A stretch of 64,000 bases of DNA from Takakia lepidozioides (taxonomy: Eukaryota > Plantae > Bryophyta). The stretch spans positions 31,310,001 to 31,374,000 of the forward strand of contig CM060733.1 of NCBI GenBank assembly GCA_030704615.1, given 5' to 3'. Positions 62,588-64,000 of this stretch are shown in pieces. Within the stretch, counting starts at the first letter, position 1. Each line of letters opens with the position of its first letter. Position numbers and translations under genes: made by a program. A model generated the notes under the pieces. That model was not told the origin of the DNA and did not search any database. It worked only from the letters and a program-made list of their open reading frames with translations.

Positions 62588-64000
62588 CGCTCCGTCACAT
62601 GAGCTGCATGTCTGAAATCTTATCGATGCAAATCTAGTGGCTGGTAGATAGGATCTGCAATTTAACAGGTGGAAGAGAACCTGGGTAGGCAACGTCCGGG
62701 CAAGACCAGGCTGAACTGCAGCCGCTAAAGTAGGGGCCAGTGCCTTACCCGTTCCAGCACGTTGCACTGCCTCAACCTCTCCTTTGCACCTCTCAGCGTG
62801 TTCTTTCTTTCTGAGCTACATAAGGAAAAGACCACTAGATTCATACTAGATGAAACTTTTGTATTATGCTTCCTTCTAAAGGATTCTGGTTGAGGATCAT
62901 TTTGTTATCATGTTTATCGATGTTTTATTTGATCTGAAAACTTTGGTGATGTTTGACAATATTTTAGAAAACTCTCTATTTATGTGCAAATCAACGGTTT
63001 CCAATGTTGTAAGGTTCAGTATGCTTCGAGGCTCTTGTAACTAGCAAAGAGCAGTAACTCAATGCAGATAACCTTGTAGAGACAGCAAGACACATCTAAA
63101 TAGAGGATCGACGCATGTGAGGTCTACTACATCATTTGCTCTACATGTTGTATGGCCACAAGGGGCCTACGAATGCCTCCCTTGTGGGGAAAATTAACAG
63201 AATGCCTCCTTGATTCCCCTCTCTAGTACACTTATCAGGAAATATATTCTCTTGCCTCTGGAGTTTGATCTCTCCTCTCTGAATCTGTTAGATAGCATAG
63301 TAGTACGCAGTGTAGTCTCGTAGTGTAATGTTTTATCACCACGACCACTTGGTGGACTCCCCTGTCGTGGCACAACACAAAAATCAGGGTTGCATCTTAA
63401 AATTTGCGCGAGAGTGGAAGTCCTAATCATCGCTCTCTTATCAACATGAAGTTGTGCACATATTTGTTGATTAGCCCGGAATGTGCTGTCAAGATACTTG
63501 AACTAAATTTAGGATAGACTATGATAGACTTCCGATTCCCAATTTAAAACAGTCACAACACATGCACATGCGATCTGACATGTAGGTATATACACAGGGA
63601 TGAAACGGATATATTCACATGTTATAATAATGCATGCTGACCATGTCCATGCTCAATCTTCGTGCACAGACAGTGATCTGTGCTGCACAGGCAGGGAATT
63701 AAGAGGACGCCAGGGCTGATGAGGCATATGGTTACTGGTATTTATAACTGGTGATAGCTATTTCATGTATGTGGTAGCAGCAAATTACTGTCACCGATGC
63801 TCCTGCAGGACGGGTTTGGACTGTTCACTTGACGTATTAATTTTCTCGGTGACTTTAATCCTCGTCCAATGGATTTAGTTCAGTGTCTCCATGTCTTTGA
63901 GAAATCATTCCTGAGGAAGTCTGTCATATGTCGTACAGTTTGGAAAGAGGCAAAGCTCATTTTGATGCCTAATTTCAACTGCAGTTGTGCACGACCCTGG

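Overview
This looks like repeat-rich nuclear DNA from a land plant, most likely a seed-free one (inferred from spliceosomal introns, plant Ty3/Ty1 elements and a bacterial-type triterpene cyclase). Positions 1-34.5 kb are a nested stack of transposons. It includes Tat/Ogre-like Ty3/gypsy elements, a gag-only LTR element, and two diverged copies of an unclassified DNA-transposon-like element. That element carries a spliced minus-strand gene joining a ParB/Srx-like domain to a beta-class amino-(N4C/N6A) DNA methyltransferase-like domain with a non-canonical DIPD motif. It also contains an intronic array of double-hairpin repeats. A 500-N scaffold gap sits at 34558-35057. After the gap come LINE, solo-LTR and copia remnants, then two apparently intact, divergently oriented host genes about 7 kb apart. 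One is a 9-exon CYP85-clan cytochrome P450 with an atypical I-helix (49294-53400, minus). The other is a squalene-hopene cyclase with an intronless CDS (60557-62587, plus). Together they are a candidate triterpene/hopanoid biosynthetic gene pair. Between them lies a TSD-bounded copia remnant whose short LTRs contain tRNA-like Pol III A/B boxes. All calls come from reading the sequence by eye; no database searches were run.
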